This document shows, piece after piece, positions 13,621-25,024 of a stretch of 64,000 nucleotides of DNA. The position numbers and the translations under genes were made by a program. The stretch comes from Octopus sinensis (lineage: Eukaryota), in contig NC_043001.1 in NCBI RefSeq assembly GCF_006345805.1, positions 83,638,001 to 83,702,000 of the forward strand, given 5' to 3'. Each line of letters opens with the position of its first letter. Positions within the stretch are counted from its first letter, which is position 1. The notes below the pieces were generated by a model. It saw nothing but the letters and a program-made list of their open reading frames with translations, searched no databases and was not told where the DNA came from.

Positions 13621-14110
13621 CATCATCATCATTGCCGTTTAACATCTGCTTTCCATGCTAGCATGGGTTGGATGATTTGACTGAGGACTGGCGAACAAGA
13701 TGGCTGCACCAGGCTCCAATCTTGATCTGGCAGAGTTTCTACAGCTGGATGCCCTTCCTAACACCAACCACTCTGAGAGTGTTAGTGGGTGCTTTTACGT
13801 GCCACTGGCATGAGGGCCAGTCAGGCAGTACTGGCAAAGGCTATGCTCAAATGGTGTTTTTTTATGTGCCAGCTGCACAGGAGCCAGTCCAGTGGCACTG
13901 GCAATGACCTCGCTCGACTGTTTTTTCACGTGCCACCAGCACAAGTGCCAGTAAGGCGACGCTGGTAACAATCACACTCGAATGGTGCTTTTTACGTGCC
14001 ACTGGCAGGGAAGCCAATTTGCTGCTCTGGCAATGATCACACTCAGATGGTGCTCTTAGCGTTCCACTAGCACGGATGCCAGTCATCGAATTTGATTTTG
14101 ATTTCACTTG
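13621..14110 (-). mobile_element. RTE 3'-UTR fragment joined tail-to-tail with the preceding RTE
   Basis: (CAT)n directly follows (GAT)n, then the reverse-complement 3' end with five hairpin units. Confidence 0.85.
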
Positions 14111-14196
14111 CTTGTCAGTGTTGCTTAATATGTTTTGCTAAAATTGCTGTTTCTTTCCAGATATCATCAGAAAAAGAGAATTAAAATTCATTAAAA

Positions 14197-15221
14197 TGAC
14201 AGATCTATTGGACTTTCAAAGAGGTTAAATTGTTGGTTCTTGTATGGCAGGTGCTAACGTAACAAAAACAGCTGAAATGTTTGGTGCATCAAGAAGTACT
14301 GACTGGAAAGTAATGACAACCTTTGAGAAAGAGAGAAAAACTTCCAGAAGAAAACCAAACTTTCAGATAGGGACTGTCAGACACTTAAGCAGACTGTTAG
14401 AAAGGATCACAAAAGTAAAGCTCCCAAAATTACTGCAGAGCTTAATGACCACCTCGAGAACCCTGTTTCCATAAAAACTGTTCACCAGGAGCTGCACACA
14501 GACGGATTTCATGGGAGGGCTGCAATCAGAAAACCACTACTTTCAAAAGGGAAGGTATGCACATTGTAAAGCGTTTAGAGTGGAGTAAAAACCTACAGAA
14601 TTGGTCCCTAGAGCAGTGGAAGAATGCTATTTTCTTAGATGAGTCATCCTTTACCTTATTACTGACCACTGGCCGAGCATATATGTAAGACAGCCAAAAG
14701 AAGCATTTGACCCAGACTGCCTTCTTCCAACTGTTAAACATGGAGTAGGATCTGTGATGATTTGGGTGGGGGGGGGTATATCTTGGAAATCCACCGACCC
14801 AATGGTTTCCCTTCATGGAAGAATTAATAGTCAAGACTGTTTGAGCATTTTATCTGATCAAATTCATCCTATGGTTGCAGAACTGTTTCCAGAGGGAAAC
14901 GCAATCTTTCAGGATGATAATGCACCAATTCACACAGCTAAAGCTGTTACTGAATCGCACGAAGAACATTCTCATGAAATTGAAAATCTTATCTGGTCAC
15001 CACAGTCCCCAGATCCCAATATTATTGAATATTTATGGTGCATTTTAGAAAAACAAGTAAGGAGTCGATATCCTCCACCATCATCACTACAAGAGCTGGA
15101 AACTATTTCAGCTGAAGAACGAACAAAAATTCCTTTGGAAACAATTCAAACTTTGTATGAGTCCATACCTCGTAGAATTCAAGCTGTAATTACTGCCAAA
15201 GGTGGTCCTACTCCATATTAA
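14197..15221 (+). pseudogene. Tc1-like transposase pseudogene (DD36E spacing)
   Basis: MTDLLDFQRG*IVG..AGANVTKTA (HTH start), FLDES (~14632), VMIW.G, FQDDNAPIH, WSPQSPDPNIIE and AVITAKGGPTPY*. Contains stops and frameshifts. Confidence 0.9.
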
Positions 15222-15365
15222 AATAAATTTGTTTGAAATTTTAAGGTGTTTCCATTATTTTGTCCAACCCCTGTATATATATACGGTGACCAGTGAATAG
15301 ATTTCACTGTAAATATATATATTTGCAAAGGCTTGGCAGGTATCTCAACTAGCAGGACTTACTAC

Positions 15366-15411
15366 TCTGGACTGATGACGGGCAAGACCCAGAAATATGC
15401 ATGTCTTCAGG
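15366..15411 (+). ncRNA. Type I hammerhead ribozyme motif with long extended stem I (15318-15459)
   Basis: TCTGGA-CTGATGA-cGGG caaga CCCa-GAAA-TATGCATG-TC^TTCAGG. Stem I is 6 bp with 2 GU pairs, helix III is near-palindromic, and the site is GUC. There is a C.A mismatch at the base of stem II. Confidence 0.75.
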
Positions 15412-15578
15412 TTGCTAGTCCTAGCTGGTGGGAGTGCTTGCCTCCCCTTCGCAAATATAAGGACACAGGAAATGTGTCAAAGCCGACAGGAAGCATCGAT
15501 GCTTCCTAGGGCTAAATAGCGGTGGTGTAATTCCCTTTATGGGACTGTCACATTATGTCGATAGTATACAACCACTCA

Positions 15579-15629
<51 letters not shown>

Positions 15630-16599
15630 TACAAACACATAGTTGAGAAGCTTCTTAACCACATAATCATGCCTGATAAAGCATTTTCTCCTTCCTTCTC
15701 CACTTCACAAATCCTAACAAATTCCTACGTCTATTGAATCCAGCTACAAACCCATGACAGTAATTTATTATGGAATCACTATTTACTGTCATCATTATAT
15801 CTCATAATTCTCTAAGTCCCTTTAGACTCTTGTATTTCAGATTCTTCTTCCTACTTCATATTGCTTTTGCAAAGCATGATCAGAACTTATTTTTATTAAG
15901 CTATAATGCCAAGAGTATTGCTTCTTTACTGCAATATAGCTAAAAAAAATGTGAGCACTATGTTCAAATTTACAAGCAGCATCTAGTCAATAACATCATG
16001 CAGAAGTCTGTGTGTTGGTTTTTCTTCGTTTATGTTCTTACAGAGTCCTTCCTCCCTTTCATCATCATCACTCAATGTCTGTTTACCATGTTTGCATGGG
16101 TTGTGTGGTTTGACAGGAGCTGGCTAGGCAGAAGGCTGCACCAGGCTTCACTGTCCATTTTGATATGGTTTTTATGGCTGGATGCCCTTCCTAACACCAA
16201 CCACCTTATAGAGTGGACTCAGTGCCTATTACATGGCATGTGGGAAATAGTGGGGCTGCCACTGGGTGTTGCTTTCATTGCACTAACATTGGTGCATTGT
16301 TGTTTTAATGAATCCACAAAGGTCCTCAGGACAAGGAGCCTTTAGGATATTGTACCAAGGAAGTGGCCTTTGTGTCAGGTCGTTGCGAAGCTACTTTGGA
16401 TTCTCGAGGTTAAAATATGCTACAGTGACAGGAACAGGTGTCATGACATAGAGGAAGTAAATGGGAACCCCAGCAGAAAAATGAGAAAGGATAGTAAAGA
16501 TGAGGTGTCAGAGTAAAAGAAGGTCGATAAGAAAGTAGAGACAGAGACAGACTCGATGATAGCTGGGTGTGTAGATTTGTGATCATGACATACCTACTG

Positions 16600-17312
16600 C
16601 CCGCATCAACTTTGTTTCCTCATAACGTTCGTAAAACATGTTATTTTTAAATGAAATTGCCTGCAAATACACATCAGATGGTGCAGATTACGATTATATC
16701 GTAATTTGATGCGAACAATTTTTTCCGGGCGTAGGAGAGAAGTTTCGGAAAATTCCCACGAGTCGGCATTGTTTCTTTATAACTTTCAGAAAAATGGATA
16801 TTTTTTAACGAAATTTTCTACAAATTCCTTTCAGAATGTTTCGACTACGATTACGTCGGAATTTAATAAGAAGACAAAAAATGGTGAGCACGCACACATA
16901 CATACTGATCAACACATCGCAATTTCTTTCGAATTTCAAGTTTCTTTCGCATTGTAAATATATAATAAGAGTGAAGCGTGTCACTATGTTTGTGCACGTG
17001 CCCACAGTTTTTTCTTTCTTTTTTTTTTTTTTCCACATAATATTCTGATATAATCGAAATCAAGACATTCAGAAAGGTATTTGTAGGAAATTTGAAAATA
17101 TATTCATTTTCCTGGAAGTTAAGGAAACAAAACCGAATCTTGTAAATTTTCCGAAACTACTCTCCTCACCTCCGGAAAAAAAAAACAAAACAAACCCACA
17201 CCAAATTCCGATATAATTTGAATATACACCATCTAAAGCGCATTTGTAGAAAATTTCATTTTAAAAAATCCATTTTCTGAAAGTTATGAGGAAACTAAAT
17301 CAAAGTGGTGAG
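16600..17312. mobile_element. Foldback-type non-autonomous DNA element
   Basis: TTTCCTCATAAC...GTTATGAGGAAA mirrored ends. Internal modules are shared with 29.5-31.0 kb. Confidence 0.55.
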
Positions 17313-17501
17313 CACAATTGTGTAGGTATGCCGCGATCACAATAAGCGGCTTCTACTGTATGTATGTAAATATGTAGGAATGCATGTATGTTTATGTGAG
17401 TTCGTTTATATGTCAATGTTCGTTCGACTGACTCGTGGCCAACAACAGCAACGTGCATTCTTCATTTACAATGTCAACACGCGAAAACATTACCTTTTAA
17501 A

Positions 17502-17532
<31 letters not shown>

Positions 17533-19036
17533 CATTGTGTACAGTGCTCACTTGGATGATTACGACGTTCGTTGGATTTCTCTCGCGTGGGACAAATTAC
17601 CAGCGCAAAATTTGAAAATTTTGAATCAGATCGTCAAATACAGGTGTTCGAACATTTTGCTTCCCGGCCGTTAATCCTTTAATACGCGAAATGAGTCGGT
17701 GTTGTCAGCGTAACCTTTTACGACGGTGACATAGCATGGCCGCAGTCCTTAATGTAAAACGTAACTGTGCGGAAGTAAGTCTTATGGACGATACAACCGA
17801 GGCTAGAAACTGATACATAAGATACAAGCTTGAAGTGCTATGAGTGGGAGCGAACCCAGTACCCTGTGACTGCAAAGCAAACTTTTCATCTACCCAACCA
17901 TGCCTGCATCCAACATACATGCATGCGCGTGCGTGTATGCGAGTGTGTGTGCACGTGTGCTAGTGTGTGCGAATGTTCGTATGAAGCCTCAACGTGGTTG
18001 TTCAACCTGTCAGCTAGAAATAGTACCAAATTCTCCCTTAAGCTGCATTCTAACATCTTAAAATAAGCATAAAAGTAAAAGAGGGAACATGGAATAAAAT
18101 TGTCCAAGGGGTGGAATTTTGGAATAACGAACCTTCGAAGTTGCATACCTCATGGGCAAGGAAAAAGATAGTTTTATTGCTTTATTATTACCGTTAATCC
18201 TTTATCGATATTCCGAATTCAGATAACGGAAATAAACGATCACACAAAAAGTTATTTTACATTCTCGCTTTTTCCACATACTGTTGTACTCTTATCGTAT
18301 CCCATGAGGTACAGGACATCGAAGGACCGATAATCAAAATTCTCCGCCGTCCGAAGTGGCACCAGTGGGACGGTTGTTACTGGAAAACCTTTGCTCATGG
18401 GATCTTACTCATGCCTAATCAACATACGCACATTGGTAAAACATGTGTACATAATGCATTTAAAAAATTTATATATATAAAAAAAAATTACGTGTATTTT
18501 GCGTTGGTGTTGTGTATCCCCCAGGCCAGTCTGACTAAACAGACATAATAAAGGCGTTCGTCCCATGACAATCCCGCCTATGCATTGAAGATTGGATAGT
18601 TTTTTTTAAAGATGTTTAAAGGGTCAGTTGTGAGAGATTTGGCTGCTATTTCTAACAGACTGAGTGACCACATAAAGGTTTTCATATTATTGTCAGTCAC
18701 TAACCAAGATCAAAGGTATGCCAACCGTGACTCACGTCGTTTGTTTAGACAAAGGTATGCCAACCGTGACTCACGTCGTTTGTTTGGACAACATTAGTCT
18801 ATCTTTTCATTCATTATTTTATTAACACAATAAAGTAATCTGAGGGAAATTTAGCTGCAGTCTCTAACAGATTGAATAACCATGGAGAAGGCCCATTCAT
18901 TGTGGTTTAGCGTAGATTATACCTGATCGAAGGCGATCCAGCCATGACCATTCTGTCTTTTGCTAACATGCAGGAAATTCAGGACCACCGTCCAACGTGA
19001 ATGATAACGAAAGATAGATGGGTATAACTAGAAACA

Positions 19037-19392
19037 GGTGCCCCGCTCCGATTTGTTTCCCCATAACTTACTGAAGAATGGATAGTTGTTAAAGAAATTT
19101 TGAAGAAATACATTTTCGAGGATGTAGATTATATTGATAAAAATTGAGAAGAAATGTTGAAGAGTTTCAGATGTTTCTCCTTTCACTTCCGTCCTGATGT
19201 TTTTACCACCAAATTTCGTAACTTTTAACATTTTCATCCACCTTTTTTTATATTTTCTTCAGATTTATATGTTTGAAACATCAGCATAATTGTAATCTAC
19301 ATCCTCGAAAACGGATTTTAGCAAAATTTCACTTAAAAAAAAAACGCATTTGAAAAGATATTATGAAAAGCAAAAGTCGGGATTGGGGCACT
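19037..19392. mobile_element. MITE
   Basis: Imperfect TIRs GTGCCCCGCTCCGATTT / AAGTCGGGATTGGGGCAC. Confidence 0.5.
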
Positions 19393-19439
19393 AATCTGTA
19401 GATATGCCCTTAGAAATGTATATATTGATCGTAGTATGA

Positions 19440-19900
19440 AAAGGAGAGAGAGAGAGAGAGAGAGGAAATCAATAGGATGTAGTCAAGAGTAAAGCGAGAG
19501 AAGAAAGGTACAAGGCGAGAGAGAGAAGAAAGAGGAGGGGAGAGAGAGATGCAGTGATATAGTGATATAAAGAAGATAGTAGTAGTAGAGAGAACGATAC
19601 ACTACAACGAGGGTAGTAGTAATAGTAGTAGTCGTCGTAGCGAGAAAACGATAGTGATATAAACAGTAGTAGTAGTAGCAGCAGCGGCAACGAGGGAGAG
19701 AGAGAAAGAGAGACGTAGTGATACAGAGAAGGTAGTAGTAGTGGTGGTGGTAGTAGTAGAAAAGAGATAGATGGATAAAGACGTAGAGAGAGAGAGCGAG
19801 AAAAAGAGAAAGAAGAGACAGGAGTAAAATCGGGATAGAGAGAGGATAGTAGCAGTGCAGAGGGAAAGAAAGATAGAGAGAGGGAAGAATTCCCGAAAGA
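19440..19900. repeat. (GA)n/(GTA)n purine-rich low-complexity tract
   Basis: Direct inspection. Confidence 0.8.
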
Positions 19901-22584
19901 ATGAGTAAAGAGAAACTAAGACTACAAAGAAAGGAAAGTAATCCTTACCAGCAGAAACATGGTGAAATGCTTTGCCACAGACTCAGGCAAAGTCTCAAGT
20001 TGTGGTTTCGTTATTATCCATGTTATGATATACCAACGGTTGAGCCAGACAGAGAAAGAAGCGCTGTATCTAAACTATATATATACGTAACTGATTATAT
20101 GTATATATATATATATCTGTTTATAGACAGATATCAACTAAGTGTGTATATCAATACATCCATATATCGCTTGCAACTTTCAATACTACGACAACGCATG
20201 CCACACGTTACTCGCATGGCTTATCACGGAAATGAACGGAAACAGACGGAAATCTAACGAAAACTGTCGGAAAGAAATATGAAGAAAAAAAATAATAAAT
20301 ACTGTGTGTTTATTTATTGTTCATTTAATATTGATGAGGACAATGATGGTGATGATGATTGATGGAGGTGGGCGTAGCGAAGAAAGAGGAAGTGGAGGTT
20401 TTTTTTATGGTAATAGTCAGAGTGAAGGCTGAGAAGGTATGGTAGTGGTGTTAGGGTGGGGATAATGAAGACGGAGAATTTAGGAAAGATGGCAATGATA
20501 GCGGAGGAGAAGGCGATGGAAGTGAAGGAGGACAGGGATGAGGATGAAAGGAGAAAAAGATGATGGGTGTAGAAATAGCGTGTCTGGAGCGAAAGTATGA
20601 TGGCGGTGGGGAGATTGACGGAATGAGGATAGATATGTGGAGAGAGAGAGGCAGCGATAACGGGATGAAGAGGAGATGGTGATGATGAAGATGGTGATGC
20701 CAAAAGTAAAGATGTTGGTGGAGCTGAGGAGTAAGGGTTTGTCAAATAAATGGCGCGCTCCAAGGTGAAAACGTGATGATGGTATGAGGTGGATATGTAG
20801 AAGGAATGGTAATAGTGACAAAAAGAAATGGGGGTGCAATAACGGAATGTGGGGTGGCATAAATGTTTTATTTTGCCCGAGGGAGAAGGGACGTGCCCAT
20901 AGCCTTCTACGGCTATTGTTGAGGTGAAGACTAAGAGCAGTTAGACAAAATTATTCGAGGTGGATAAGGTTTATTCCAGCTCAGTTTCAACCCTTCAAGG
21001 TCAGTCTCTGATCCCGCCAGTCTTTTTCTCTCGCTTCCATGAAAGTGATGGAAACAGTTGTGAACGATCATTTTAACTGATCGTTTTGCATATCTTTTTT
21101 CCCCCCTCAGTGACCGTCAATATACAGATTTATTGGTGCAGCCAGATCAATGTCTGGGGACCAGACACTTATATGCCAAAACAATATTGTTGCTCTTGAC
21201 ATCATGAAAACCTTTGAACGTGGCCGGGACGAGGATCTCATAAGATGTCGGTTTATAAGATCCATTCGTTATTCGTTCTTGGGTTTGAAGTTTCAAACAG
21301 TTTACTTCATTACAGCAGAAGTTAATAGAGTTGTCCCGGATCCAAATTGTTATTGTTGCGTAGCACTAAGCCATCTTCGGTCAAATAGACGTTACATCAG
21401 TGGTTCTGAATCATATTTCTTTTTATCTATGAACCCCTTTGATTACTATTTAATTCTGGTAGATCCCCATAACCATTCGTTGTTTTAAAAACTAATTTTA
21501 TAGATACTTCTTTCAAAATTTCTATTTTGCTATTCATTCGTCAACTTGTCTAAACTGAATTATGAACATGTTAGAGAAAGAGACCAAACTATCTCTTGCA
21601 AAACATTACTGTGGATCCCAATCTATTTTGCTAGCGCTGATCCTCCAAAATTTCATATGGACACCGGTTGAGAATGACTGCCATATAGCATGGACTATAT
21701 CAGTCGGCAAATTGTACGAGTTCCACATATCTAGTGCTCCAGATTTACTACGCCCTCGCGTAGCTTGTGGACCGCTTTGTACACTCCGAGACGAAATAAG
21801 CACAAGAGCTGCTGTGTGATAGTACGGATAACTTTTATCCTCTACCTGTTTCATTCATAGAGCTGCGGTCACGTTGAGGCACTGCCTTGAAAGGGTTTTA
21901 GTCGAACATCACCTAGAATACTTACGGGGAGATAAACAAACCGATGCCGGTTGTTAAGCGGTGGAAGTACACACACACACACATAAATTCACAAACACAC
22001 ATACGCACACACAACAGGCTTTCGCAGTTTCCGTCTACCAAATTCACTCACATGGCTTTGGTCAGCCTGGGACAGTATCAGAAGATATCTGCCCGAGGTG
22101 CTGTGCGGTGGGACCGAACCCGAAACGACTTGGTTGCAAAACGAGCTTCTTAACCAAACAGCCACACTGCGATATGCTGTACTCTCTATAGTCCAATATA
22201 TTTTCTGTATAACAGTTGTGCCTGTTTAATCCTGATTGAGAACAAACCTATGATCAAATATATTCCGGCTGTGCGCAACCCGTTGTTTTAAAGATATCTA
22301 GAACTGCATTATTTAATATTTTAACTTACATATTTGTAAGGTACGATTTGATTTGAGGGAGATTTTGCTGTTATTTGTAGCTTCGCAAGTAGAGGCTCTA
22401 AGTGGGACTCTAGCAGAAGACAATCTCAGTCAGAGAGTGACAGTTATGTTCGTCTGCACGTATTAGTGGTACGCAACCCAGCATGGTGATGAAAGCCGAT
22501 AAAGTTATACATGCTGGAGCTGAGTATGTGTGGAAGAAGGAAAGTGTTGCGTCCTATCAAATTTGTTTGAAGCTGGATGAGAGC

Positions 22585-22866
22585 GGAGGCGCAATGGCCC
22601 AGTGGTTAGGGCAGCGGACTCGCAGTCGGAGGATCGCGGTTTCAATTCCTAGACCGGGCGTTGTGTGTGTGTTTATTGAGCAAAAACACCTAAAAGTTCC
22701 ACGAGGCTCCAGCAAGGGGTGATGGCGACCTCTATTGTATTCTTTCGTCACAACTTTCTCTCACTCTCTCTTCCTGTTTCTTGAGTAACGCTGCGATAAA
22801 CTGGCGTCCCGTCCACAAAAACCGGGAAACCAGGCCCATGAGTCTGGCTAGGCTTCAAAAGGGCGA
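22585..22866 (+). mobile_element. tRNA-derived SINE family C
   Basis: A box TGGCCCAGTGG and B-box-like GTTTCAATTCC. Copies at 26080-26320 (-), 26758-27005 (+), 28083-28262 (+), 28276-28528 (-), 44650-44956 (-) and 48160-48460 (-). Confidence 0.85.
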
Positions 22867-23466
22867 CGTTTATTGTTTTATATGGATGTGAGCGGTAAGC
22901 AGGGTTCGAGTGATCGGACGTGCTTCGAGCATGCGCCTATGTATTATGAAGGATAACTTCAGAAAGGGCATTTGCCTTATTGGCCAGGGTAAATGTAATT
23001 GTGTAGGATTTCTACGAGCAGCTTTCCCCATTTGTAGAATTTCTCTTTGAATAGTTCTTTTTTAAGTTCTACCTTTTTTTAAACTCACTTTTTATGCAAT
23101 CCTACACTGTATCGTCCTGTACCGTCCTCGATATTTTTGCTATCCCTTGGGTTTAATAGGGAAAACTGGTGCTTCGGCAGTCTTGACATTCTGAGTTATC
23201 TTTGACCACTGTGTCCAATCCTTCATCCCCAGAATATCTACCCTCTGGAACCTCCTCGTGTCTTTCCTACAGGTGTTGAGCTGTAATAGGCTAAACGTAG
23301 CATTAACAGCATCAATATCACTAAGGTCGGATTGCCTGCAAGTATCACGAGTTCAGCCTCCTTCTTCTAGTCACAGAATATAAAACACATTCATTATTAC
23401 GCACACAACACACTACAACAGGAAACGAGGATGTGGATGGGGGTCCTTACGTGGCCACTCGACATT

Positions 23467-23837
23467 ACTCTTTTACTCTTTTACTTGTTTCAGTCATTTG
23501 ACTGCGGCCATGCTGGAGCACCGCCTTTAGTCGAGCAAATCGACCCCGGGACTTATTCTTTGTAAGCCCAGTACTTATTCTATCGGTCTCTTTTGCCGAA
23601 CCGCTAAGTGACGGTTAGAGGGACAAACACAGACACACAAACATATACATACACATACATATATATATACATATATACGACAGGCTTCTTTCAGTTTCCG
23701 TCTACCAAATCCACTCACAAGGCTTTGGTCGGCCCGAGGCTATAGCAGAAGACATTTACCCAAGATGCCACGCAGTGGGACTGAACCCAGAACCATGTGG
23801 CTGGTTAGCAAGCTACTTACCACACAGCCACTCCTGC
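23467..23837 (-). mobile_element. tRNA-derived SINE family A
   Basis: Near-full copy with the (AAAAGAGT)n-like tail. Confidence 0.88.
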
Positions 23838-24371
23838 GACATGCTAGAAATAACAGCTAAATCTCTCTCAACTACTAGTTACCGTCGTATAAAAAGTAAG
23901 ATATATTGGGTAATGTACAATAGTTCTAGATACATTAAAACCCACTTGCTCCCGACCCGTCAAAAAAAAAAAAAATCGGGATAGTTAAAATTGGAATATA
24001 TGCAGACATAATGTGTAACAACACTGTTTTACACACATTTTACAGCAGAGTTGCACTACTAGTTCTATAAACAGAAATACATTGAAAATAATCTCACTTA
24101 GCAGCACTAAGATTATCACATTTTATTACAAGGTTATTAATATGAAACATAACTACTGCCATGGGGCGCTCCATACGAATAATCGCTGCGCGGCAGCATG
24201 TCTTCAGTTGTATTGAACATGGCAAGTCTGAAACAATTGACCAGTGGATCGAACCCAACCACTGCAAGGAAATCCTAAATCTGGTGTGGCAACTTGCTAA
24301 TTGAATGGAGTTTCGAAGTAATCCCCCTCCCCCCTCTCTGTCGATGTATATATATATATAATATATATATA

Positions 24372-24409
<38 letters not shown>

Positions 24410-24413
<4 letters not shown>

Positions 24414-24580
24414 AGAGTTTAGGAAAAAAAGACGAAGACAGGTAGTGTACAAAACAAACAGATGTATTAGTATAACGCTCAGGATAGAAAAAGTCTTTTA
24501 CGTTTCGAGCCTACGCTCTTCTACAGAAAGGGACACAGAAAAAACAAAGAGAGAAAAAAATGTGTGTAGTGGCTAACGAT
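24410..24580 (-). mobile_element. Penelope-like terminal fragment with degenerate minimal HHR (24495-24530)
   Basis: Minus strand CTTT-CTGTAGA-A-GAGC gtag GCTC-GAAA-CGTA^AAAG. Homologous to 36750-36900 (+). Confidence 0.55.
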
Positions 24581-24599
24581 ATATATATATCGTGACGTA

Positions 24600-24830
24600 T
24601 ATTTGCCATTTCAATATGGCTACCCCTAAGGGTGGATGCTACTGTAGTTTTTAGCCCCAGGAGGACACACTCCTCCAGCTGGCCATAGACACACTTTCTG
24701 TGCCCTGTCAGTATTTGCAAAGGGAAGTCATCCTTCCCGTCTTCAACTTATGATACACACGGACTCGAGTTTCGAGGTATTGACCTCTCGTCAGCGTGTG
24801 ACAATCATAGTTGTCGGCGAGAATTAGATT
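24600..24830 (-). mobile_element. Non-coding HHR-bearing element (retrozyme/Penelope-LTR-like)
   Basis: HHR plus downstream hairpins homologous to 15420-15550 and 62050-62220. Bounded by TA-rich microsatellites. Confidence 0.7.
24756..24800 (-). ncRNA. Canonical type I hammerhead ribozyme
   Basis: Minus strand CACACG-CTGACGA-GAGG tcaata CCTC-GAAA-CTCGAG-TC^CGTGTG. Perfect 6-bp stem I and 4-bp stem II, full core, and a GUC site (cut between 24762 and 24761). Stem I extends through a small internal loop (CAACTATGAT/ATCATAAGTTG). Confidence 0.9.
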
Positions 24831-24832
24831 TC

Positions 24833-24866
<34 letters not shown>

Positions 24867-24959
24867 CCGATTATTTCTATGTCCCCGCGCATGAGACAAC
24901 CTTAAGACATTTATTAGATGGCCGTTGACTCTCATTCATTCATTCATTCATACATACAT

Positions 24960-25024
<65 letters not shown>

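Larger units (their letters stand above)
12446..15273 (+). mobile_element. Tc1-family DNA transposon, interrupted by nested RTE inserts (12560-14110)
   Basis: TIRs CAGTGGTTGGACAAAATAATGGAAACACCT / AGGTGTTTCCATTATTTTGTCCAACCCCTG with TA flanks. Transposase remnant inside. A left-end fragment of the same family is at 37159-37262. Confidence 0.92.

Noticed and set aside
18711-18790. 39-bp direct repeat
   Set aside because: A simple two-copy tandem duplication with no further structure.
20330-20940. Degenerate Penelope RT on the minus strand
   Set aside because: Only hints (NIFTFG, AMGT) in strongly biased low-complexity sequence, and in inconsistent order.
21130-23330. Old LINE RT scraps (ALDIMKTFER; FIPRISTLWNL)
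   Set aside because: Plausible but too decayed to bound or classify.
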